From positions 372,001 to 436,000 of the forward strand of contig NW_027191402.1 in the NCBI RefSeq assembly GCF_041146345.1: a stretch of DNA of 64,000 nucleotides, given 5' to 3'. The position numbers and the translations under genes were made by a program. The DNA comes from Neodothiora populina (Eukaryota). A model generated the notes under the pieces. That model had not been told where the DNA came from. It searched no databases and saw nothing but the letters and a program-made list of their open reading frames with translations. Positions 54,301-64,000 of this stretch are shown here, in pieces. How positions within the stretch are numbered: the first letter of the stretch is position 1; each line of letters begins with the position of its first letter.

Positions 54301-56024
54301 ACGAAAAGCGGATTTCCGATTCTCGAGACCTTGATCTGTCCAGCAATCGGATCATCGTAATCCAGCGGGAGTTCTTGAGACGGGTCTTTAGCGCTCGTAG
54401 GCAGTGGTGCAAGCAGATCCATTGGCTGAGAAAAGAGGCGAAGTGTGGGGACGGCTTCATACGAGGATCGATTGTCCGCTGTCACAATCATCACACTACC
54501 TCGCCAGATCTCGCGATTCGAGCTGCGAGCAGGATTGGCTGCTGCCTCTTGTCGCAGACCTGTATATCGCAACAGGGGGCCACACTTGAGTAAGAGCGGA
54601 GGGCGAAATGACTTTGCTTCTTCTTTGTATGATCCATCATAGGAAGCGGTGCCGTTGCCACGATTGCTGTTTCGCCAGGCCGAGTTTCGCGATGACTTAT
54701 ACGTATCATCTATCGCGAGGTCTTCGAGGGTAAGTTTGGCAATACCAGCCCTGCGCAAATTATTCAGCATTTCTCGAGGATGAGAAGCCTCTTTTCTCAT
54801 ATGGCCTTGTGAGATTGCAGGATGAGGTGACGAGACGTGATGGGTATGACCACGCGGGTCAGCTGCTGGTAGAGCATGTCGTGCAACAGGACTAAAGCCC
54901 TCGTGCATGCCTGCACTCTCGTCGCTGTTCGTGAGATTCTTGTAGTCAGGGTGTACGTTAGATGGACTCGCATGATTTCTCCCATGAGTACTCTGGGAGG
55001 TGTGGGTTTCAGGAAGCAATCTTTTCTGCAGTCTACGACTTGTACTCCTATCCACCGTTGCCTCGCTATGCTCCAACGACTTTCTGCTATTGTCGTTAAC
55101 CACTCCCGATCTGGAGGGCATGACTGCAGACTGAGCAATGGACCCGCCACGTCCAATCTGGTGATAGTTCGCAGATGGCACACCCCTGGACCCATCATAT
55201 GTCCCCGACTTATTGACAGTCTGAGGCGGTACACCGGCCGGCTCTTGAGCGCGCGGTTCGACCTCGTCCGCTGCGGTTCCACGATTCTGCATGCGCAGAG
55301 CATCGGACGCGCGCCTGAAACGATGATTGGCATCAACGATGCGTGGGTCTTGGCCAGCCGGAACCTGTGTGCTTGACGATATAGGTCCCTCCAAGGGAGC
55401 ATACTGAGAATCCTGAGGTGGGCGGTGCTTTACCTTTGACGAGTCCATGGGCGTGCGAACTTGGTGATCCATCCTTCGCGACTGATTTGCTTCTGCGGTC
55501 GCTCGCTCTAGCCTCCTCTCTCTTGCACGATGCTCAGCCTTTTCCATCCTGGCGCGCTTCTCTTCTTTACTGATATCGTCCAGTGTACCTTCTAATTTCT
55601 GGAGTGGGGACCTATCAGGGACAGAACTTCGACGTCTGGCCTCCCGTGCTCGTGGGTTCGAACCGCTGAGAGGAGAAAGAGGAGATCTGGATTCAGAATC
55701 ATGCGCACGAAGGATGTGGTCGGGAGGGTCCAGAGTCTGATTGCGTGCACTTGAAGGGTAAGAAGATGCGGGTTGTCCTTGGCTAGTGTCCAGAGGGTAG
55801 GGTTGCCGTGTCTTTTTGAAGCGCCGAACAGCGGCGCTATTGTTATTCATGGCGTCTGCACTATCCACATGATGCGGACGTACTTGTGCTGCTTCTCGGC
55901 CAGCTCGCGCAGAAAACGACTGTCTTCTGTTGCTAGGGGCAATTTGATCCACATCAGGTTGGTCGGCATCGTAGTGATGCGAATCCGAGCGCATATAAGC
56001 GTTTCCAGAATCTTGGACACCCAT
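51347..56024 (-). CDS. PhoD-like metallophosphatase-domain protein with long disordered N- and C-termini
   Basis: Exons 56024-53595 and 53539-51347. CGPLLRY, MFHSCNGFS, HVMLGGGDQIYND, NIWDDHDIIDGYGSY, GLDCRTER, DDLDDHW, ILGGDVHLAA, ISSAIVNTPPP. Confidence 0.88.
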
Positions 56025-57454
56025 CTGAGTCTAGATAGTGTGAACCTGTTGGCTACGTCAACAGCGCTCAATATTGTTGGGTTGTGATGAATGTAATGCT
56101 TGTCTCGAGAGGGTAGAATCCAAGAGCATGATCTCAATCAACGAAGCAAAGTGGCGACTGCTAACCCAGCAGGAGGCGCACAAAGGTGAATAAACAGGGT
56201 ATTGATCACTTTGGTATACAAATCACATGTAGAGAGGACCAAGGCCAGGTAGTTGAACGATCAATTAGAGAAAGCGTATTGCGTAGCCTATATGCCTTTT
56301 ACACCATTGGCTGGATTCAAGAACCTGTCAGATTGGTGCAAGTTGATGGACAGAACATTCTCGGAAAATCTCTGCGATTAGTATAGCAGGGGCAGAGACA
56401 AATGTGTATGCCATGTTTTTCGTCGCATGGGTAAAACAATGACATGAAGTTGGTCGAGTGGCTGGCTTTTTGGGAGGCTGGGGCTATAGTAGAAGAGCAC
56501 AGGCGGAAGGGCATTAAGCGCCTTCGAGAAAGCGTCGAGATAGCGTGCAGTACTCGTGCAGTAGTGACCAAGGATGCGTTACCTTGATTTCTGTTGTTCT
56601 AGCGCTTCTAAAAGTGCTATTGGCTTGAGAATAGATGCACACTGCCGTCTTGTTAGTTGGCCGATCGATGATGTCTTTAGGATGCAGTGGATGCTTACTC
56701 GAACTATGTTGTACGTCCTAGATTTTGTTCAATGAACAAGGATTACTTGGCGACTTACGTAGATTGAGCATGAGCAGTGGTGAAACACTTCATGACGAAG
56801 AGTACACTAGCTCGACAATCCCATGAAAAGGACTCAAGGCAAGTTGCCTCATGCTGCTGCGATGGGCTTGCTGCTGTAAGAAGTACGCCTATGCCTGCCA
56901 AAACGCGTATACTTGCCTCGCATTCGGCAGAAACGACCATGTTGGTTGAGTTACACAAGCAGGGATATCGGACCGTGCTACGGAACGAGATAAGGAGACG
57001 TAGCACTCCTTTGATCGGGTACTCCGGACCAAGTAATCTCACACTACTCGCCGGACGGGACATATCGCGTAATCGCAGTAGGTCAAAGGCGAGAACAGAC
57101 ATGGTGCTGAGCCCCTTCAAAGCCCCCTTCGAGGCCCCTGGACTCAATCCGCTTCGAGGTGCCAATGAGCGAACGCCGCTTTTCCCCCAGATCTGCCAAG
57201 TCCTTTGTAGCAGAAGCTGAACGATTGAGGTAAGGTGGTATCGAAGCATACCTTACTCTGTACAGTAAGGTACCGTACTTTACAGTATACAATTGTACTT
57301 TTCGTGTACATGTTGTGAACTCGACATAGGGAAGGGGGCCACGCGCACATTTTGTTCCTCTTAGATCAAACATCCCAGCATCGAGGTGTAGACATGGGCA
57401 GTGGAGTGATCAGGAATTCATGATAACCTCGTCTTAAACGACACATGTCCGGAC

Positions 57455-59938
57455 ATGCGATCACCTTTGAACATCCTCTTCTTGGCGGCCACATGCGCCG
57501 CCGCCATAGCCAGGACAGACTACGACAGTAACGATTATTACGCCGTCCATCTCGCTCCTTCCGTCGACCCTTCGGCCGTCGCTGCTCATTTTGGATTACA
57601 GCTTCACGGCGCCATCGGTCAGCTAGAAGACCACTATCTTCTCGAAGCCCCTAAGGGCGACCACGACATAATCAAGCAGGCCAAGGATGACCTGAAGCGA
57701 CTACGGAGGAAGAGACAGCGAGGCTGGAACGTCCCACATCTGCTCGACGATGTTTTACTCAACCAAAAGCAAGAGCGCCGTCAGAGGCTGTCCAAACGCG
57801 GAGTGGCCCCCTTAACAAGGGCGGAGGAAGAGCCTCCCGTGGACTCAAATGTGCAAAAGGGCAAAGACATTGCCAAATCCCTGAACATTGTGGATCCCAT
57901 ATTCATGGATCAATGGCATCTATACAACGCTGCGCAGCCCGGACATGATATCAACGTGACAGGAGTATGGCAGCAGGGGATCACAGGCAAGAACAGCACC
58001 GTGTGCATCGTCGACGATGGCCTGGACATGGACAGCGATGATCTGCGAGACAACTACTTCGCCGCTGGCTCATACGACTTCAACGACCAGGTCGAAGATC
58101 CCAAACCTAGACTATCAGATGACAGACACGGCACTCGTTGCGCGGGAGAGGTTGCCGCAGGGAGAAACGACGTCTGCGGTGTCGGCGTGGCATACGACTC
58201 CAAGATCTCAGGCTTGCGCATCCTTTCCGCACTCATCTCAGATGCTGATGAAGCCGTTGCAATGACCTACGCATACCAGGACAATCACATCTACTCGTGC
58301 TCCTGGGGACCCCCAGACGATGGTCGAAGCATGGAAGGACCCGGCATACTCATTCGCCGAGCCATGGTCACCGGCGTACAAAAGGGACGCGGAGGTCTAG
58401 GGAGTGTCTACGTATTCGCCATCGGCAACGGTGCCAATAACGACGACAACTGTAATTTCGACGGCTACACGAACAGCATCTACAGCGTCTCTGTTGGCGG
58501 CATCGACAGAAAGGGACTTCATCCCTACTACAGCGAGAAGTGCTCGGCCCAGCTCGTTGTGACCTACAGCTCTGGTTCTGGCGACGCCATCCACACAACC
58601 GATGTAGGGCAAAATAAATGCTATGAAAACCACGGCGGCACCTCCGCTGCCGGTCCTCTGGTCGCTGGCATCTATGCCTTGGTCTTGGAAGTCCGCGACG
58701 ATCTGTCGTGGCGCGACTTCCAGTGGCTCACCGTCATGACCGCTGCTCCTGTCGATCAAGAGAGTGACTGGCAGGACACTACGACCGGTCGTCGTTTCAG
58801 CCATCAATTTGGGTACGGAAAGATCGATGCATATGCCATTGTCGAGGCGGCCAAGACCTGGAAGCCCGTCAAGCCACAAGCCTGGTTCTTCTCGCCGTGG
58901 TTGCACGTCAGGCATGACGTCCCTCAAGGTGACAAGGGTCTTGCCTCACACTTCAATGTAACGAAAGAGATGATGCAGAAGGCGAATCTAGAGAGACTCG
59001 AGCACGTCACCGTCACAATGAATGTGGAGCACACTAGACGAGGAGATCTCAGCGTCGAACTTCGCTCACCGTCAGGGATCGTTTCGCATATCGCTACGTC
59101 ACGCAAGAACGATGCGGCAGAGTCAGGCTACGTCGACTGGACGTTCATGTCAGTCGCGCACTGGGGAGAGGATGGAATAGGCACATGGACAGTGATAGTC
59201 AAGGACACGGTTCAAAACGAGCACAGCGGCCGCTTCACTGACTGGCGATTGAAATTCTGGGGTGAAGCTGAAGACGCTGCAAAGCAGAAGCTTCTCCCGC
59301 TGCCGACTGAGAGCGAAGACGACGACCATGATGTGGAGACCACCAGTGCCGTCGTCGGAACGACAAGTGTCGATGTCCCTACGCACACAGGCACTCCGGT
59401 AGGCAACCCTACTGATCACATTGATCGGCCCGTCAACAGCAAGACCTCGGCGACAGCAACGGGAACGACTGCAGCAACGTCAAAACCTTCCAGCACCTCT
59501 GTTGCCGAAGAGCCCGTCGACGAAGCGAAACCGACCGCTTCATCATCGCCCGAACCATCAATATTCCCGACCTTCGGCGTGTCCAAGCGTACACGCATCT
59601 GGATCTACGGAGCACTAGCACTGATATCAATCTTCTGCGTCTCGCTGAGCGTCTGGTATTATCTTGCGCGCCGACGCCGACAGCGCGACGCACGGGACGA
59701 GTACGAATTCGAGATGCTGAACGACGAAGAGATAGACGATGATAGCACACCGAACGGAGCTAATGGATCCGGTCTGAGCGCAAAAGCTAAGGGTAAGCGC
59801 AGAGCGGGCGAGCTTTACGATGCCTTTGCCGAGGGCAGCGACGACGAAGACGATGTCTTCAGTATTGGCGACGAGGATGATCACGTCGGCGTCTATCGAG
59901 ACGAGGCCGATGATCATGTGCATCATGAAGATCGATGA
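57455..59938 (+). CDS. KEX2: Kexin (subtilisin-like proprotein convertase)
   Basis: Signal peptide and propeptide ending LSKR. Catalytic residues: Asp (IVDDGLD), His (RHGTRCAGE), Asn (IGNG) and Ser (HGGTSAAGP). Then P domain (LEHVTV..RRGDL), Ser/Thr stalk, TM helix and acidic tail with YEFEML. Confidence 0.97.
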   Translation: MRSPLNILFLAATCAAAIARTDYDSNDYYAVHLAPSVDPSAVAAHFGLQLHGAIGQLEDHYLLEAPKGDHDIIKQAKDDLKRLRRKRQRGWNVPHLLDDVLLNQKQERRQRLSKRGVAPLTRAEEEPPVDSNVQKGKDIAKSLNIVDPIFMDQWHLYNAAQPGHDINVTGVWQQGITGKNSTVCIVDDGLDMDSDDLRDNYFAAGSYDFNDQVEDPKPRLSDDRHGTRCAGEVAAGRNDVCGVGVAYDSKISGLRILSALISDADEAVAMTYAYQDNHIYSCSWGPPDDGRSMEGPGILIRRAMVTGVQKGRGGLGSVYVFAIGNGANNDDNCNFDGYTNSIYSVSVGGIDRKGLHPYYSEKCSAQLVVTYSSGSGDAIHTTDVGQNKCYENHGGTSAAGPLVAGIYALVLEVRDDLSWRDFQWLTVMTAAPVDQESDWQDTTTGRRFSHQFGYGKIDAYAIVEAAKTWKPVKPQAWFFSPWLHVRHDVPQGDKGLASHFNVTKEMMQKANLERLEHVTVTMNVEHTRRGDLSVELRSPSGIVSHIATSRKNDAAESGYVDWTFMSVAHWGEDGIGTWTVIVKDTVQNEHSGRFTDWRLKFWGEAEDAAKQKLLPLPTESEDDDHDVETTSAVVGTTSVDVPTHTGTPVGNPTDHIDRPVNSKTSATATGTTAATSKPSSTSVAEEPVDEAKPTASSSPEPSIFPTFGVSKRTRIWIYGALALISIFCVSLSVWYYLARRRRQRDARDEYEFEMLNDEEIDDDSTPNGANGSGLSAKAKGKRRAGELYDAFAEGSDDEDDVFSIGDEDDHVGVYRDEADDHVHHEDR

Positions 59939-60970
59939 TCGTTCTACTCTGTTTTCTAGACAGTTTGCATGTCTATGCAAAGGTGCTTACAACTCCACAG
60001 CGAAAAGAATTGGAAAATGTGTAAATGCGGAGAGCGTCGGTGATGCAAGTGCAACTCCCCGCGACTTACTTTCAGGGACCTGTAGCACACTTTTAGTGAT
60101 ATGAGGCTCAAATGTTTAATCAGATTAAGGGTTCGTAAAGCGGCCCGCTTAAACACTGCACTACAGCTGCATGAAGGGCTGCAGTGGCTCACTGTATTGC
60201 TTCGCACCAAGTCTAATCAGCCGACCGAATCGTATCCATTTGAGTGCTTCCATCCAGTCGACACACTTACTGGCCAGACTTGAGGGCCACCCGTGTAGAC
60301 TACAAATAAGGTGAAGCTACATGACACTGTCGCAAACATGCGGCCTTCCGAAGAATGAAAATGTCTCAAAGTGCTGTGCATGAACCAAGAGTTTCCAGTA
60401 GTGTGTCAATTGTCACCTTAATGCAGTCTTGTAGCATCTCGAGGTCGTGCCCAGAACACAATTGATAAATGGGACTGTTGAACGTCTTTGGGCGCTCGCG
60501 GCCAGGGTACCTTTGGGAAATACAGATTCATAAGCACCACATCTCCATGGACTTCAACATGATGCTCTCTTGTCCTGTATACGAATGAAGAGTTGGTGAA
60601 GAGAGTGTGAATCAGTTCTTCAACTTCCGTGAAATAAATTGCAGCAATGTCTTCGATGTGCAAGTGAGGAGTGAGGGAAGGACATTGGATTGAGAGCGGC
60701 GAGCTGGGCGATGGTGTTATCACGGGCGCAGAGCTTTGCCAAGGAAACCATCTGATGCCGCTTCGATCTCTTGCACCCCCCACAGCCACAGGCCCTCAGG
60801 ACAACCATTCCGTCACTCAAGTCGCCGACCAGCCACCACATCGAAGGCCTCCCTTCAGGCATTTCTTACAATTTCGCAGCCAGCTCACCCGCCAAGTGGT
60901 AGCGATATTGCTGCTTGGACTTCTCATCACCGTTTCCACGAGGCCTGCGCAGGCCGGGGTTCAGCCCACC

Positions 60971-62276
60971 ATGTCGAGGGTATACGCTGAGGTCAATCAG
61001 CACATGCCCAGATCCTACTGGGATTATGATAGTGTCAACATCAGCTGGGGCGTTTTGGAGAACTATGAGGTTGTTCGCAAGATAGGTGCGCCGTCACGGA
61101 GATGCTCGAGGCCTCATCTCGAACACCACTTCTAGCCCTTTTGGTCGTGGTGTCTCAACAGAAACGGAAACACACCACGGCCACGCGCTTTGATGTCTAA
61201 TGGCTGGGACTGACAACTTGCAGGCAGGGGAAAATACTCCGAAGTTTTCGAGGGAATCAACGTTGTCAATTACCAGAAATGCGTCATCAAGGTGCTCAAG
61301 CCTGTCAAGAAGAAGAAGATAAAGCGCGAGATCAAGATTCTCCAGAATCTGAGTGGTGGACCAAACATCGTTGCTCTCCTCGATGTGGTTCGCGACAGTC
61401 AGGTGCGTACACATCAGCGACGACCAGATACGGCATAAGAGACTAATTAATGTAGAGCAAAACGCCATCGCTGATCTTCGAATGTGTCAACAACACCGAT
61501 TTTAGAAGCCTCTACCCCAAATTCGTCGATTACGATGTCCGTTACTATATATTTGAGCTATTGAAGGTATTGCCCGATTCCAAACCCAAGACAGCCAGCG
61601 GAGCTTAGCTGATGTGCGTTTGGCAGGCACTCGACTTTTGTCACAGCAAGGGCATCATGCACCGAGACGTCAAACCTCACAACGTGATGATAGACCACGA
61701 GAAGAAGAAGCTACGTCTGATCGATTGGGGTCTCGCCGAATTCTACCACGCCGGAACCGAGTACAACGTGCGCGTCGCGTCGCGTTACTTCAAGGGACCC
61801 GAGCTCCTCGTCGACTTCCAGGAATACGATTACTCTCTCGACATGTGGTCGCTCGGAGCCATGTTTGCCTCTATGATCTTCCGAAAGGAGCCCTTCTTCC
61901 ACGGCAACAGCAACTCGGATCAACTTGTTAAGATTGCTAAAGTTCTGGGAACGGAGGATCTTTTCGACTACCTCGACAAGTACGACATCGAGCTCGACGC
62001 CCAATACGATGACATTCTCGGCCGCTTCCCCAAGAAGAACTGGCACAGCTTCGTAAATTCGGAGAACCAGAGATTCGTGAGCAACGATGCCATAGACTTT
62101 CTAGATAAGCTCCTCCGCTACGACCACCAGGTAAGCCCGCGACTGCAAAAGATTCCAGCTTCCGATGGCTAACATAATTTCAGGAGCGTCTGACCGCAAA
62201 GGAGGCCATGGCACACCCGTACTTTGCGCCTGTACGCCAGGCAGCTGCACAACAAACAGACGCAGCGCATACCTAA
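60971..62276 (+). CDS. CKA1: Casein kinase II catalytic alpha subunit
   Basis: Exons 60971-61085, 61224-61402, 61456-61566, 61627-62130, 62184-62276. [54 protein letters not shown]. Confidence 0.97.
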
Positions 62277-63035
62277 AAGCCAGCAGATGATTGAGCCGAA
62301 GGTGGGCAGGCAAGGTGTCTCGACGCGGCTTTGTCGTCATGATGAACACGATGGACATGATGATGGCTTGGTTGGGCCACACGCAGAGGAGCTGTCAAAC
62401 GGGAGACAAGGAAAGGTGGTTGTAATTGCACTTGGCACAGATGACTGGTCTCATACCGCATAACATCACGGAACAAGCGACGGCGTACGGGGGTTTGACA
62501 GGTACAGTAGGGTAGAGCTCCTTCAGCCTGGAGATGGATTTGCTGCCGGGCTGGACGAAGAGCTGTAGATATCCAATTAACCTTTTTACATGTTTTCTTT
62601 TCTGTTACGACGACAACAACTCCTGTGAGCGCATCAAGTATACAGTAATTCGTAACGACGATGGCGCAATAGCGTGTACCCCTCTCACATGGACATGACA
62701 ACACGAGTCAAAAGTGAGAATGAGTCAAATCGAATATGAGTCAAAACGCAGAATTGCGGGCAGGTCCATAAAATTCAGGGTCCGGGTTTGGAATATTCCA
62801 AGTCTCGCAGTCAAGTGCATGACCCATCTTTATCTTCTTTGCGACCAAGCATTATTCCACCGACGCCACTCTCTACAGGCGTTTGACAAGATCCAATCCC
62901 AAACAGCTTGTCGCATAGAGCAGCGTGACAAGTCTCAAAATTCTGTCGCGAGCGCTTCACAGGAGCGCATCGGTGCTAAGACGATCACCCGGGATACTTG
63001 GCTTTCACCAGCGTCGGCCTCTGACCTCCAGCAAG

Positions 63036-64000
63036 ATGGCGCTTAACGCAGCCTCCCACAACCCTAGTATGTTCGATCCGATGGCATGAGAAGGGGGAGA
63101 AAGAGGAGGATATAGAGAAATGATGGAGGAGTTGTGCAGAGCTGGGCTGACCGGTACTCATCTGCAGCGGGCGAGAAGACCGGCCCTGTCACCGGACAAG
63201 CACCCCCAGTGTCGTCTGAAGCAGCACAAGACATCCTCGCCGCCTCCGAGAAGGATCCCAAGGGCACTAATGTGCCTGGCCAAGCCGGCGGAGAAGGCAG
63301 TGAGGCCCCGAAGAAGGCCAAGAGCGAGAAAGAGCGTACGTCAACCTATCCGCTTCGAACAGTCATACGCTGGGCACCACCTCGAACGCAGCGCCATCGC
63401 TTGCTTGATGCTCGGCGCTGGTCAGATCTAGAGCTCTGACTGACATTGAACCCTTCACAGTGGCAAAGGAACGTGCCAAAGCCGAGAAAGCCGCCAAATT
63501 CGCCGCCAAGCAGGCAAAGCAACAGGGCAGCGCTGCCGCCGCTTCAACCAAGACCAAGGAGAAGAAGCCCAAGGAGAAGGAGGAGGTCTTGCCCCCATAC
63601 GCTGAAGAGACGCCCCCAGGAGAGAAGAAGAGTAAGATTGGCACTTGTGGAGCGGAGATGCTTGGACTGATCACTCCTTACAGTTCTCAAACCTTTGGAC
63701 GATGCCTACCACAAGGCCTACATTCCCTCCGTCGTCGAGTCCGCCTGGTACGACTGGTGGGAGAAGGAGAAGTTCCACGAGCCCGAGTTTGACGCGGATG
63801 GCAACGTCAAGGCCAAGGGTTACTTTGTCATCTCCGAGCCTCCACCAAACGTTACTGGCGCCCTTCACTGCGGTCACGCTCTCGCCACATCTCTCCAGGA
63901 CACCCTCATCCGCTGGAATCGCATGAGAGGCTTGACCACTCTTTATCTGCCTGGATGCGATCACGCTGGTATTTCCACACAGAGCGTCGTGGAGAACATG
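63036..64000 (+). CDS. VAS1: Valyl-tRNA synthetase (5' part, runs off window)
   Basis: Exons 63036-63066, 63168-63335, 63461-63631, 63684->64000. Lys-rich appended domain, [22 protein letters not shown]-type [15 protein letters not shown], and [15 protein letters not shown]. Confidence 0.95.

Noticed and set aside
56755..57249. Overlapping 164-aa and 147-aa ORFs between the PhoD-like gene and KEX2
   Set aside because: Neither has a recognisable domain or codon bias, so they are likely chance ORFs in promoter DNA.

Overview
This is gene-dense eukaryotic DNA from a filamentous ascomycete (Pezizomycotina), with short GT-AG introns and CTRAC/CTAAC-type branch sites. It is core housekeeping sequence: no transposon, CRISPR array, rRNA or secondary-metabolite cluster was seen. 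I can support 20 protein-coding genes and one intron-containing tRNA-Lys(CTT). In order the genes are SEC66, an unknown mitochondrial-type membrane protein, a DUF3844 protein, a GT90/CAP10-like glycosyltransferase, KRE33/NAT10, a very large acidic DUF3659-type repeat protein, an IQ-motif protein, FAN1, DUS2, SNT2, ALA1, a small conserved hypothetical, a GH16 glucanase, a 7-exon Cdc25-like/arsenate-reductase rhodanese, ERG10, SNU114, a PhoD-like protein, KEX2, CK2-alpha and the 5' part of VAS1. The most interesting signals are hidden in-frame N-terminal extensions. CK2-alpha has a signal-peptide-like leader, ValRS has an AUG-less mitochondrial-type presequence (probable CUG/GUG start), and AlaRS has a mitochondrial-type presequence. 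A TACWGTA element also recurs in intergenic DNA. Exon boundaries were read by eye, and family assignments come from motif recognition, not database searches.
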